The notes beneath the pieces were generated by a model, which was given only the letters and a program-made list of their open reading frames with translations, ran no database searches and was not told the origin of the DNA. A DNA stretch of 64,000 bases from Actinomycetota bacterium (GTDB lineage Bacteria; Actinomycetota; Actinomycetes; S36-B12; CAIYMF01). Positions 44,257 to 56,428 of this stretch are shown here, piece after piece. The stretch spans positions 4,325 to 68,324 of the forward strand of contig JAIUOK010000020.1 of NCBI GenBank assembly GCA_020161245.1, written 5' to 3'. Positions within the stretch are counted from its first letter, which is position 1; the number at the start of each line of letters is the position of its first letter. The translations under genes were made by a program, and so were the position numbers.

Positions 44257-46215
44257 GTGAGCCACGAGGCGCTCGAGAACCTGCTGCACGAGGACCGTGC
44301 CTTCCCGCCGTCCCCCGAGTTCGCCGCCCAGGCCAACGCGACCGAGGCGATGTACGCCGAGGCCGACGCCGACCGGCTCGCCTTCTGGGCGAAGCAGGCC
44401 GGCGAGCTGCAGTGGGCGCAGCCGTGGGACACCGTCCTGGACTGGTCGGACGCGCCGTTCGCGCGCTGGTTCGACGGCGGGAAGATCAACGTCGCCGTCA
44501 ACTGCGTCGACCGGCACGTCGAGGCCGGGCACGGCGACCAGGTCGCCTTCCACTTCGAGGGCGAGCCGGGCGACACCCGCGACATCACCTACGCCGACCT
44601 GCTCGCCGAGGTGTCGCAGGCCGCCAACGCGCTGGAGTCGCTGGGCGTGAAGGCCGGCGACCGCGTCGCCATCTACCTGCCGATGATCCCCGAGGCCGCC
44701 GTCGCGATGCTCGCGTGCGCCCGCATCGGCGCCGTGCACTCGGTCGTGTTCGGCGGCTTCTCCGCCGAGGCGCTGCGCTCGCGCATCGAGGACGCCGAGG
44801 CGGTGCTGGTCATCACCTCCGACGGCGGCAACCGCCGCGGCAAGCCGATGGCGCTCAAGCCCGCCGTCGACGAGGCCGTGGCGGCGTCGCCGTCGGTGAA
44901 GAACGTCCTGGTGGTCAAGCGCACGGGCCAGGACGACATCGAGTGGACCGACAAGGACATCTGGTGGCACGAGCTGGTCGGCGCGCAGCCCACCACGCAC
45001 GAGGCCCAGGCCTTCGACGCCGAGCACCCGCTGTTCATCCTCTACACGTCGGGGACCACGGGTAAGCCCAAGGGCATCCTGCACACCACCGGCGGCTACC
45101 TCACCCAGGCGTCGTTCACCCACCGCAACGTCTTCGACCTCAAGCCCGACACGGACGTCTACTGGTGCACCGCCGACATCGGCTGGATCACCGGCCACTC
45201 CTACGTCGTGTACGGCCCGCTGGCCAACCGCGCCACGAGCCTCATGTACGAGGGGACGCCGGACACCCCCCACAACGGCCGCTGGTGGGAGCTGGTCGAG
45301 AAGTACCGCGTCTCGATCCTCTACACCGCGCCCACCGCGATCCGCACCTTCATGAAGTGGGGCGAGGACATCCCCGCCCGCTTCGACATGGCCAGCCTGC
45401 GTGTGCTCGGGTCGGTGGGCGAGCCCATCAACCCCGAGGCGTGGATGTGGTACCGCCGCGTCATCGGCGGTGACCGCTGCCCGATCGTCGACACGTGGTG
45501 GCAGACCGAGACCGGCGCGATGATGATCAGCCCGCTGCCGGGCGTCACCGCCTGCAAGCCGGGCTCGGCCATGCACACGCTGCCCGGCATCTCCGGCGAG
45601 GTCGTCGACGACGAGGCCAAGCCGGTCGGCAACGGCGGGGGCGGCTACCTGGTGCTCACCGAGCCGTGGCCGTCGATGCTGCGCGGCATCTGGGGCGACC
45701 CCGAGCGCTACAAGGAGACGTACTGGTCGCGCTGGCCCGGCCTGTACTTCGCCGGCGACGGCGCCAAGCTCGACGAGGACGGCGCGGTCTGGCTGCTCGG
45801 CCGCGTCGACGACGTCATGAACGTCTCCGGGCACCGCATCTCGACCACCGAGGTCGAGTCGGCGCTCGTCAGCCACGACACCGTCGCCGAGGCCGCCGTG
45901 GTCGGTGCCGCCGACGAGACCACCGGCCAGGGCATCGTGGCGTTCGTCATCCTGCGCGAGGGCGTCGAGCCGGGCGACCACATCGTGGCCGACCTGCGCA
46001 ACCACGTCGCCCACGAGATCGGCCCGATCGCCAAGCCGCGCCAGATCCTCGTCGTGCCCGAGCTGCCCAAGACGCGGTCGGGCAAGATCATGCGCCGCCT
46101 GCTCCGCGACGTCGCCGAGGGCCGCGCCACCGGCGACACCACCACCCTCGCCGACGCCAACGTGATGACCCTCATCGGGCAGGGGCTCGCCTCGGGCGCC
46201 GCCAACGAGGACTGA
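44257..46215 (+). CDS. acs: Acetyl-CoA synthetase
   Basis: [34 protein letters not shown]; GTG 44257 after GAGGAG. Confidence 0.96.
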   Translation: MSHEALENLLHEDRAFPPSPEFAAQANATEAMYAEADADRLAFWAKQAGELQWAQPWDTVLDWSDAPFARWFDGGKINVAVNCVDRHVEAGHGDQVAFHFEGEPGDTRDITYADLLAEVSQAANALESLGVKAGDRVAIYLPMIPEAAVAMLACARIGAVHSVVFGGFSAEALRSRIEDAEAVLVITSDGGNRRGKPMALKPAVDEAVAASPSVKNVLVVKRTGQDDIEWTDKDIWWHELVGAQPTTHEAQAFDAEHPLFILYTSGTTGKPKGILHTTGGYLTQASFTHRNVFDLKPDTDVYWCTADIGWITGHSYVVYGPLANRATSLMYEGTPDTPHNGRWWELVEKYRVSILYTAPTAIRTFMKWGEDIPARFDMASLRVLGSVGEPINPEAWMWYRRVIGGDRCPIVDTWWQTETGAMMISPLPGVTACKPGSAMHTLPGISGEVVDDEAKPVGNGGGGYLVLTEPWPSMLRGIWGDPERYKETYWSRWPGLYFAGDGAKLDEDGAVWLLGRVDDVMNVSGHRISTTEVESALVSHDTVAEAAVVGAADETTGQGIVAFVILREGVEPGDHIVADLRNHVAHEIGPIAKPRQILVVPELPKTRSGKIMRRLLRDVAEGRATGDTTTLADANVMTLIGQGLASGAANED

Positions 46216-46236
46216 GCCGGCAGGCCAGCAGCACCG

Positions 46237-46278
46237 CGGCGAGGGGGCGCCGTCCGGAGGGACGGCGCCCCCTCGCCG
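46237..46278 (+). terminator. Hairpin after acs
   Basis: 19-bp perfect stem with GGAG loop. Confidence 0.7.
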
Positions 46279-46394
46279 TGCCCGGGTGTGGCAGGGTGGG
46301 CGCAGGTGCGCCGGGAAGCCTGGTCGGCCGCCGGCCGCGACCGCGGGCGGTGTCGACGAAGGCCCGTGCGCGGGCGGGGATCACGAGGAGTCGC

Positions 46395-47696
46395 GTGTCG
46401 GAGTCCCGGGTCGTCTTCGACCGGCTGCCGCTCTCGGAGCGGTCCTACGTCCTACGGGCGCTGCGCGAGGAGACCGTGGGCGGCGCGCTGCTGCTCGGCG
46501 CCGCCGTGCTCGCCCTGGTGTGGGCCAACTCGCCGTGGCGGGAGTCCTACCACGAGCTCACGCGGATCACGGTGGGCCCGGAGGCTCTGCATCTCAACCT
46601 GTCGCTGGCGACCTGGGCGGCCGACGGGCTGCTCGCGGTGTTCTTCTTCGTGGCGGGGCTCGAGCTCAAGCACGAGCTCGTCCTGGGATCGCTGTCGGAC
46701 CGCAAGAAGGCCGTCGTCCCGGTGGTCGCCGCGCTCGGCGGCATGGCCGTGCCGGCGCTGCTCTACGTCGCCGTCACCAGCCAGACCGACACCGAGGCGG
46801 TGGGCGGCTGGGGCATCCCCATGGCCACCGACATCGCGTTCGCGCTCGCGGTGCTCGCCGTGGTCGGCAAGAAGCTCCCGGTGGCGCTGCGCGCGTTCCT
46901 GCTCACCCTCGCCGTCGTCGACGACCTCGGCGCGATCCTCGTCATCGCCGTCTTCTACTCGGACAAGTTCGCGCTGGTGCCGTTCCTGGGGGCGATCGCC
47001 GGCATGGCGCTGTGGTGGGTGCTGCAGCGCCAGCGCGTGGAGGGCTGGTACGTCTACGTCCCGCTCGCCCTCGTGGTGTGGGGGCTCATGCATGCGAGCG
47101 GCATCCACGCGACGGTCGCCGGCGTGGCGCTCGGCCTGCTCACCCGGGTGCGCCAGGACCCGGGCGAGGAGGAGGCTCCCGCCGACCGCTGGGAGCACGC
47201 CATCCGCCCGCTGTCCGCCGGCGTCTGCGTCCCGCTGTTCGCCTTCTTCTCCGCCGGCGTCACGTTCGTCGGCAACGACGACGGCGCTGCGATCCTCACC
47301 CAGCCGGTCGTCCTCGCCATCGCCCTGGGCCTCGTCGTCGGCAAGCCGGTCGGCGTGCTCGGCGGCGCCTGGCTGGTCGCCCGCTTCACCCGCGCATCGC
47401 TGTCCTCGAGCCTGCGCTGGGCCGACGTGGCCGCGGTGGGCGTCCTGGCCGGCATCGGGTTCACCGTGTCGCTGCTGATCAGCGAGCTGGCCTTCGAGAC
47501 CGACCAGCTGCGCCTCGGCGAGGCCAAGGTCGGCGTGCTCTCGGCGTCCGTGCTCGCGGCGGTGCTGGCGACCATCGCGCTGCGCATGCGGGCCCGGTCG
47601 TACGCCGCCGTGTACGACGCCGAGGAGGCCGACTCCGACGGCGACGGCGTCCCCGACGTGTACCAGGCGGGCGACGCGGGCCGCGACAGTCGATAG
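46395..47696 (+). CDS. nhaA: Na+/H+ antiporter NhaA
   Basis: DGL...FF...GLELK.E, IPMATDIAF, LAVVDDLGAI, SGIHATVAG, GIGFTVS; C-terminal DSDGDGVPD. Confidence 0.94.
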   Translation: MSESRVVFDRLPLSERSYVLRALREETVGGALLLGAAVLALVWANSPWRESYHELTRITVGPEALHLNLSLATWAADGLLAVFFFVAGLELKHELVLGSLSDRKKAVVPVVAALGGMAVPALLYVAVTSQTDTEAVGGWGIPMATDIAFALAVLAVVGKKLPVALRAFLLTLAVVDDLGAILVIAVFYSDKFALVPFLGAIAGMALWWVLQRQRVEGWYVYVPLALVVWGLMHASGIHATVAGVALGLLTRVRQDPGEEEAPADRWEHAIRPLSAGVCVPLFAFFSAGVTFVGNDDGAAILTQPVVLAIALGLVVGKPVGVLGGAWLVARFTRASLSSSLRWADVAAVGVLAGIGFTVSLLISELAFETDQLRLGEAKVGVLSASVLAAVLATIALRMRARSYAAVYDAEEADSDGDGVPDVYQAGDAGRDSR

Positions 47697-47743
47697 CCTC
47701 GGACCCGTGCCCCTGCCAGGGGCGACGAGGAGGATCCGGCACC

Positions 47744-48223
47744 GTGAGCGACAAGCAGTCCCTCGGGACGATGATCTCGGGGGTCACGCAGGACCTCTCC
47801 ACGCTCCTGCGCGGCGAGATCGAGCTCGCGAAGGCCGAGCTCCGCGACTCCGCCCGCAACGCGGGCAAGGGCGGCGGCCTGCTGGCCGGCGCGGCGGTGT
47901 TCGGATTCGTGTCGCTGCTGTTCCTGTTCGCCACCCTGGCCTGGACCCTCAACATCTGGCTGCCCACGTGGGCGGCCTGGCTCATCGTGACGGTCCTCCT
48001 GCTCATCATCACGGCCGTGCTGGCGCTGGTCGGCAAGAAGCAGCTCGACTCGATCAAGGCGCCGGTCGCGCTGCAGGAGGACATCGAGAAGACGAAGGCG
48101 ACGCTGCAGCGCAAGCCCGGCAGCCCGCTCCCCTCGGCGATGCCCGCGCCGAGCACGTCCGGATCCGCGGCCGCCCCGGCCGCCCCCGCGGCGCCCACGC
48201 CGCCGAAGGCCGGCGCGGCCTGA
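47744..48223 (+). CDS. Phage holin family / DUF1469 membrane protein
   Basis: LSTLLRGEIELAKAEL followed by two TM segments; Pro/Ala tail. Confidence 0.8.
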   Translation: MSDKQSLGTMISGVTQDLSTLLRGEIELAKAELRDSARNAGKGGGLLAGAAVFGFVSLLFLFATLAWTLNIWLPTWAAWLIVTVLLLIITAVLALVGKKQLDSIKAPVALQEDIEKTKATLQRKPGSPLPSAMPAPSTSGSAAAPAAPAAPTPPKAGAA

Positions 48224-48261
48224 CCGCGCGCCTGCTCACCCACGACCCCTCCCAGGACCCC

Positions 48262-49182
48262 GTGCTCCCCGATCCGGTCGAGGTCGTCCGCGCCGACGGC
48301 CCCTGGACCCACCGCGACGTCACGGCCAACGCCTGCCGCTTCCACGTGGTCGAGGCCGGCGACGGCCCGCTGGTCCTGCTCATGCACGGCTTCCCGACGT
48401 TCTGGTGGTCGTGGCGCCACCAGCTCGAGTCGCTGCCGGCGGCCGGTTTCCGCACGGTCGCCGTCGACATGCGCGGCTACGGCGGCAGCGACCACACGCC
48501 GCACGGCTACGACCCGATCACCCTGGCCGCGGACATGGCCGGCCTCATCCGCGCCCTCGGCGAGCCCGACGCGCTGCTGGTCGGCAACGGCTTCAGCGCG
48601 TTCGTCGCCTGGACCCTCGCGGCGCAGCACACCGACGTCACGCGAGGCATCGCGGCCGTCGGCATGGCCCACCCGGCCCGCATGCGCAAGGCGTTCATGG
48701 CCGACCGCGAGCAGCGCCGCCTGCAGCGCTACGCCGTCGGCTTCCAGCGGCCGTTCGTGCCCGAGCGCCAGCTCACCCGCGACGACGCCGCGATGGTCGG
48801 GCACATCCTGCGGCGCTGGGGCGGCGACGGCTGGCCGGACGAGCGCACCTCCGACGTCTACCGAGCCGCGATGCTCGTGCCCAACACCGCCCACTGCTCC
48901 GTGGAGTTCCACCGCTGGGCGATCCGGTCGATCCCCCGCCGCGACGGCCGCCGCTTCGTCGACGCCGTGGCCGAGCCGGTGGGCGTGCCCGTGCTGCAGA
49001 TCCACGGCCAGCAGGACGGCGCCGTGCTCCCGCGCAGCGTCGACGGCTCGGAGGAGTACGCCGGCGCCGGCTACGACCGCGTCGACCTGCCCGGCGTCGG
49101 GCACTTCCCCCACGAGGAGGACCCGGGCGCCTTCGACTCGGTGCTCCTGCCGTGGCTCGACAAGCACCGCACGGCCGGCTGA
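48262..49182 (+). CDS. Alpha/beta hydrolase (EphE/Rv3670-like)
   Basis: HGFP.FWW.WRHQ, DMRGYG.SD, GHFPHEE; start uncertain (GTG 48262). Confidence 0.85.
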   Translation: MLPDPVEVVRADGPWTHRDVTANACRFHVVEAGDGPLVLLMHGFPTFWWSWRHQLESLPAAGFRTVAVDMRGYGGSDHTPHGYDPITLAADMAGLIRALGEPDALLVGNGFSAFVAWTLAAQHTDVTRGIAAVGMAHPARMRKAFMADREQRRLQRYAVGFQRPFVPERQLTRDDAAMVGHILRRWGGDGWPDERTSDVYRAAMLVPNTAHCSVEFHRWAIRSIPRRDGRRFVDAVAEPVGVPVLQIHGQQDGAVLPRSVDGSEEYAGAGYDRVDLPGVGHFPHEEDPGAFDSVLLPWLDKHRTAG

Positions 49183-49189
49183 GCGCGGC

Positions 49190-50377
49190 TCAGCGCGTGG
49201 CGCACGACCCCGTGGGCACGGCCGCCGTCGCCGAGCGGCCCGCCTTGGCCGCCGGGGCCACCGTCGCCGCAGTGAGCGCGTAGCCGGTGCTGGGGTCGTC
49301 GACCGACGCCGCGAAGATCACGCCGTACACGTCGCCGTCGGGCGAGAGCAGCGGGCCGCCGCTGTTGCCGCCGCGCACGTCGGCGCGCAGCGAGTAGATC
49401 TCGCGCACCACGGAGCCGCGGCCGTAGATGTCGGTGCCCCGGGCGTCGACGACGCCGCGCACGCGGGCCGCGCCCGCCGTGAGCGGCCCGCCGCCGGGGA
49501 AGCCCGCGACGACCGCCGGGTCGCCGCGGCGGGCCTGCCGGGACGCGAAGTCGACCGTCGGCGTCGACAGGCCGGGCACGTAGATCACCGCGACGTCGAC
49601 CTCGGGGTCGAGGTAGACGACCACGCCCGGGTAGCGGCGGCCGGTGCCGCGCACCTGCACGGTGGGACGGTCGACGCCGGCCACGACGTGGGCGTTGGTC
49701 ATCACGCGGTCGGCGGCGTAGACGAAGCCGGAGCCGTCGACCTGGGTGCCGCACCGCTGCGCGATCCCCTCGACCTTCACCAGCGAGCCCCACGCCCGGC
49801 GGACGGCGGGGTCCTCGAGCAGCGCGGGGTCGGGCTCGCGGACGGGCAGCAGCGGGTCGAGGCTGAAGCCGGCGAAGGCCTGCGGCAGTCCGGTCGCGTC
49901 GAGGGAGTCGGCGAGGCCCGAGACCCACGACCGGGCCTGCTCGGGCAGCGCGGCGTCGATGCGGGAGAGCACCTGCGAGCTGCGCACCTGCGTGGAGATC
50001 GGGCCCAGCGGCACGGCGAGCGCCGCCCACGCCACGATCCACGCGACGACGATCACCGACAGCACGCCGAACACCGACCCGCCCACGGAGTCCACGAACC
50101 GCACTGGCTTCCAGCTCAGCGTCTCGCGCACCCAGGTGCCGACGAACGTCGCGAGCGCGTTGCCGATGCCGGCGCCCGCCAGCACGATCAGCACCGTCAG
50201 GCCGAACCGCAGGATCCCGTCGAGGTCGCCGAGCACGATCGGGGCGGCGTACGCGCCGACGATGGCACCGGCGATGAAGCCGGCGAACGACAGCACTCCC
50301 GCCACCAGGCCCTGACGCCAGCCCGACACGGCGGCCGCGACAGCGATGAGCACGAGGATCCAGTCGAGGACGTTCAC
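49190..50377 (-). CDS. marP: MarP family serine protease (CvpA-like TM domain + trypsin-like domain)
   Basis: GSGF, TNAHVVAG, D.AV, GNSGGPL. Confidence 0.9.
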   Translation of the reverse strand: MNVLDWILVLIAVAAAVSGWRQGLVAGVLSFAGFIAGAIVGAYAAPIVLGDLDGILRFGLTVLIVLAGAGIGNALATFVGTWVRETLSWKPVRFVDSVGGSVFGVLSVIVVAWIVAWAALAVPLGPISTQVRSSQVLSRIDAALPEQARSWVSGLADSLDATGLPQAFAGFSLDPLLPVREPDPALLEDPAVRRAWGSLVKVEGIAQRCGTQVDGSGFVYAADRVMTNAHVVAGVDRPTVQVRGTGRRYPGVVVYLDPEVDVAVIYVPGLSTPTVDFASRQARRGDPAVVAGFPGGGPLTAGAARVRGVVDARGTDIYGRGSVVREIYSLRADVRGGNSGGPLLSPDGDVYGVIFAASVDDPSTGYALTAATVAPAAKAGRSATAAVPTGSCATR

Positions 50378-50381
50378 GCAG

Positions 50382-51020
50382 TCACCAGTGCCCGAGGTCG
50401 CGCACGTCGGCGGAGTCCCACGGGCGCTCCCAGCCGACGAGTGCGAACAGCCGCGAGAGCAGGCCCGCGGTGAAGCCCCAGACCACCAGGCCGCGGACGC
50501 CGAACGCCGGCCCGACGAACCCGGACGGGTGCTTCACGCTGTAGCGGTTCGCCGGGTCGAGCAGCTCCTCGAGGGGTACACGCACCACGCGGGCCACCTC
50601 GCCGGGGTCGACGACGCCCACGGGGCTCGGCGCGGCCCACCACCCGATGACGGGAGTGACCACGAACCCGCTCGGCGGCAGGTAGAGCGCGGGCAGGGTG
50701 CCGATGACGTCCACGCCGGACGGGTCGAGCCCGGTCTCCTCCTCGGCCTCGCGCAGCGCGGCCGCGACGACGTCGGCGTCGGTGTCGTCGACCGCGCCGC
50801 CCGGGAAGGCCGGCTGCCCGGCGTGCGAGGTCATGGTCGACGAGCGCTGGATCAGCAGGAGGTCGGGCCCCTCCTCGCCGTCGCCGAACAGCACGAGGAT
50901 CGCCGACTCCCGCCCGCCCTCGGGCGGGGGCAGGAACCGCGAGAGCTGCTCGGGCCCCACCAGCGGCACGGCGTCGACGACGGGGGCGAGCCACTCGGGG
51001 CGCGGCGCGCCGGCGGTCAC
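50382..51020 (-). CDS. CoA pyrophosphatase (Nudix)
   Basis: HAGQPAFPGG, AALREAEEETGL, VWGFTAG. Confidence 0.9.
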   Translation of the reverse strand: MTAGAPRPEWLAPVVDAVPLVGPEQLSRFLPPPEGGRESAILVLFGDGEEGPDLLLIQRSSTMTSHAGQPAFPGGAVDDTDADVVAAALREAEEETGLDPSGVDVIGTLPALYLPPSGFVVTPVIGWWAAPSPVGVVDPGEVARVVRVPLEELLDPANRYSVKHPSGFVGPAFGVRGLVVWGFTAGLLSRLFALVGWERPWDSADVRDLGHW

Positions 51021-51652
51021 GGGGACGCGTCCACGCCGAGGTGCTGCTGCACGAGCGAGTCGAGCTGCGCGGCATCGGTGATCTGGCCGCGCTCGACGTG
51101 CGTCACCCGGCCGTCGGCGTCGACGAAGAGGGTCATCGGCAGGCCGGTCCAGCGCAGCAGCGGCTTGGTGGCGCTGTCGGCGTCGACGACCGAGGGGTAG
51201 TGGACATCGGCGTCGACGAGCAGGGACAGCCCGCTCGACGGGTCGTCCTCGACCGAGATGCCGACGACCCGGACGTCACCCGTGCCGGCGAGGTCGGCGA
51301 ACAGCGGGAGCTCGTCGCGGCAGGGCGCGCACCACGACGCCCACAGGTTGATCACCGTGGGCTCCCCGCGCAGGCCCGCGAGCCGCACGTCGGGCCCGTC
51401 GCCGAGGCAGGTCAGGGTGATGTCGGGCAGGCCGTCGTCGCGCGCGGGGACCGACGGGTCGGTCTCGGGGCACTCGACGAGGTCGGCCTGGGCGATCAGC
51501 GTCGGCGAGGCCGGCTCGAACGACGACGCGCCCCTGCCGTCCGACGGGGTCGGCGTGACCCGACCGCCCGCGGTCTCGGGCACCGACGAGCAGGCCGTGA
51601 CCAGGAGCGCGGCGGCGGCCGCGGCGGCCAGCAGGGCCGGGGCGCGCCTCAT
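51017..51652 (-). CDS. TlpA-family thiol-disulfide oxidoreductase lipoprotein
   Basis: Lipobox VTAC; [15 protein letters not shown]; start re-called at ATG 51652. Confidence 0.9.
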   Translation of the reverse strand: MRRAPALLAAAAAAALLVTACSSVPETAGGRVTPTPSDGRGASSFEPASPTLIAQADLVECPETDPSVPARDDGLPDITLTCLGDGPDVRLAGLRGEPTVINLWASWCAPCRDELPLFADLAGTGDVRVVGISVEDDPSSGLSLLVDADVHYPSVVDADSATKPLLRWTGLPMTLFVDADGRVTHVERGQITDAAQLDSLVQQHLGVDASP

Positions 51653-52398
51653 GCGCGTCCCTCGGTGGTGAGCAGCTTCCTGGCGGCCTCGGGGTCGGTG
51701 GGCCCCTCGCCGTAGGCGGGGCACAGGCGCGCGAGGGGGCAGGCGCCGCAGGCCGGCTTGCGGGCGTGGCAGCAGCGGCGGCCGTGGAAGATCACGCGGT
51801 GGCTCATCATCGTCCAGTCGCGGCGCGGGATGAGCGCGGCGAGCTCGGCCTCGACCTTGTCGGGGTCGGTCTGGACGGTCCACCCGAACCGGCGGGCGAG
51901 CCTGCCGAGGTGGGTGTCGACCGTGATGCCGGGGACCCCGAAGGCGTTGCCCAGCACGACGTTCGCGGTCTTGCGGCCCACGCCCGGGAGGGTGACGAGA
52001 TCCTTGAGGCGGCCCGGCACCTCGCCGTCGTAGCGCTCGCACAGCGCCTGGCCCAGGCCGATGAGCGAGCTCGTCTTGGCCCGGAAGAAGCCGGTGGGAC
52101 GGATGAGCTCCTCGAGCTCGTCGCGGTCGGCGGCGGCGTAGGCCGCGGCGTCGGGGTAGCGGGCGAACAGGCGCGGTGTCACCGCGTTGACCCGGCGGTC
52201 GGTCGATTGCGCCGACAGGATCGTGGCCACGAGCAGCTCGAGCGGGGTGGTGAAGTCGAGCTCGCAGTGGGCGTCGGGGTAGGTCTCGGCCAGCACGCGG
52301 TCCATCCGCCGGGCGCGCCGGACCAGCGCCGTGCGGGTCTCCCCCGTGGGCGTGCTGGACGCGTCGGCGTCGGCGGCGGTCGTCGCGGTGCTGGGCAT
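51649..52398 (-). CDS. nth: Endonuclease III
   Basis: [26 protein letters not shown] HhH, VDTH, C-x6-C-x2-C-x5-C Fe-S motif. Confidence 0.95.
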   Translation of the reverse strand: MPSTATTAADADASSTPTGETRTALVRRARRMDRVLAETYPDAHCELDFTTPLELLVATILSAQSTDRRVNAVTPRLFARYPDAAAYAAADRDELEELIRPTGFFRAKTSSLIGLGQALCERYDGEVPGRLKDLVTLPGVGRKTANVVLGNAFGVPGITVDTHLGRLARRFGWTVQTDPDKVEAELAALIPRRDWTMMSHRVIFHGRRCCHARKPACGACPLARLCPAYGEGPTDPEAARKLLTTEGRA

Positions 52399-52646
52399 GG
52401 CCAGTAGAGCGTACGTGCAGCAGCGGACGGAGCCGTCCTCGAGCGCCCGGGCGGCCCTGCGCCACGGCCCGGGAGGGCGTCCGCAGAGCGGCAACCGCTC
52501 CCACGGCGGCCGGGGAGCGGGGCTGCGGGCGCCCGGCGGTCCGCGATCTGGTCACGGCCGTGCTTCCCGCGCCCCGGTGGCCTACATTCGCGCGTGGGGA
52601 GGACGACCTTGGGGGGTCCATCTGCCCACGGGGGAACGACGAGGAC

Positions 52647-53243
52647 GTGAGCCGCATGACCGACGAGCTGCTCGCCCTGGACGACGCCGCACGCAAGGCG
52701 GCCGAGGCCAAGGCGCGCCGCGCGGCCCGCAAGGCCGCCCGCGCCGCCATCCCCCCGCCCGAGCGCGACCACGCCTACGACCATCTCGGCCTCGACGAGC
52801 TGCGCACCCTGCGCGGGGCCCTGGGCGACGAGGAGACGCGGGTCGCCTACTGGACCCGCATCATCCGCCAGCGCCTCGACGCCGTCCGCAGCGGCGGCGC
52901 CGGCCGCGAGCCCGTGGCCGACCTGACCGGGGTCCTGCACGAGGCCGACCGCACGATCGACCGGCTCGGCGCGATCGACGTCCCGCCGGTCGACGACCTG
53001 TCGCCGCTGCCCGACCTCGCCGAGCTGTGGGCACGCCCGGTCGACGCCGCGGACGACGCCGCCGTGGCCGCCCTCGAGGCCGACCTCGCCGAGGCCGTCG
53101 AGGAGCTCGACGACTACCGCGCCGAGATCCAGCGCCGCACGGAGACCGTCACCCGCGAGCTCATCGCGCGGTACCGCGAGGAGCCGCTGCTGGCCCTCCA
53201 GACGCTCCCGACCGACCCGCTGCACCGCACCTCGATCGCCTGA
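52647..53243 (+). CDS. RsiG/AmfC-like coiled-coil protein
   Basis: L.L.ELR.LR....DEE..V.Y..R.....LD and C-terminal ELIARYRE resemble the RsiG pattern; start uncertain (52647 or 52656). Confidence 0.55.
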   Translation: MSRMTDELLALDDAARKAAEAKARRAARKAARAAIPPPERDHAYDHLGLDELRTLRGALGDEETRVAYWTRIIRQRLDAVRSGGAGREPVADLTGVLHEADRTIDRLGAIDVPPVDDLSPLPDLAELWARPVDAADDAAVAALEADLAEAVEELDDYRAEIQRRTETVTRELIARYREEPLLALQTLPTDPLHRTSIA

Positions 53244-53423
53244 GCCCGCCGGCAGCCGCCGGCCACCGCCCCCTCCCTCCCGCGACTCGCCCTGCGCCGA
53301 GTCGGGGGAGCAGTACGCACGCGGCCCCGGATGCGACAGACTGTGCGTGCCCGACCGGCGGCCTGCCGCCAACGGGCGACGACGACCCAGCGGGCCGCGA
53401 CCGCGGCGCACAAGGAGGACCAC

Positions 53424-54098
53424 GTGGACGACGTGCTCATGAGCGCGCCGCTGTTCGCTGCACTCGACATCGAGGCCGCCGCAGCGCTCAAGGCGTCCAT
53501 GGACGAGCGGCGCATGCTCAAGGGCGACGTCCTGTTCAACGAGGGCGACCCCGGCGACCGCCTCTACGTCGTGACCGAGGGCAAGATCAAGCTCGGCCAC
53601 GCCTCCACCGACGGCCGCGAGACCCTGCTCGCCGTCATGGGCGAGGGCGAGATGTTCGGCGAGCTGTCGCTGTTCGACCCCGGCCCCCGCACCGCCACGG
53701 CCACGGCCCTCACCGACGCCACCGTGCTCGGCCTCGGCCACGCCGCCCTGCGCCCCTGGCTGACCGGGCGTCCCGAGGTCGCCGAGGCCCTGCTGCAGGC
53801 CCTGGCCCAGCGCCTGCGCCGCACCAACGAGGCGCTGTCCGACCTTGTGTTCTCCGACGTCCCGGGCCGTGTCGCGAAGGCGCTGCTCGACCTCGGCGAG
53901 CGCTTCGGCCAGTCGATGCCCGACGGCCTGCACGTCACGCACGACATGACCCAGGAGGAGCTCGCGCAGCTCGTGGGCGCCTCGCGCGAGACGGTGAACA
54001 AGGCCCTGGCCGATTTCGCGTCGCGCGGATGGCTGCGCCTCGAGTCGCGCTCGGTCGTCCTCCTCGACGTCGAGCGGCTCCAGCGCCGGGCGAGGTAG
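53424..54098 (+). CDS. crp: cAMP receptor protein (Crp/GlxR, Rv3676-like)
   Basis: [49 protein letters not shown]; AAGGAGG SD. Confidence 0.95.
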   Translation: MDDVLMSAPLFAALDIEAAAALKASMDERRMLKGDVLFNEGDPGDRLYVVTEGKIKLGHASTDGRETLLAVMGEGEMFGELSLFDPGPRTATATALTDATVLGLGHAALRPWLTGRPEVAEALLQALAQRLRRTNEALSDLVFSDVPGRVAKALLDLGERFGQSMPDGLHVTHDMTQEELAQLVGASRETVNKALADFASRGWLRLESRSVVLLDVERLQRRAR

Positions 54099-54105
54099 TC
54101 CGCCG

Positions 54106-56313
<2,208 letters not shown>

Positions 56314-56428
56314 GCCCCTCGGGGCGGCGTCCGGATTGCGGGATGCCCCCTCGGGAGCCTCAAGTCCCCGGCCCCGCGCGCCGACGCACCGTCAGGCGAC
56401 GGAACTCGAGCGCGTAGGGCAGGCACGC

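Noticed and set aside
48220-48223. CTG start overlapping the holin-family stop (CTGA)
   Set aside because: An in-frame GTG at 48262 with a plausible SD explains the gene; no evidence for a non-canonical start.
47744-48223. Prophage remnant suggested by 'phage holin family'
   Set aside because: Conserved chromosomal nhaA-holin-hydrolase-marP context; no phage genes.
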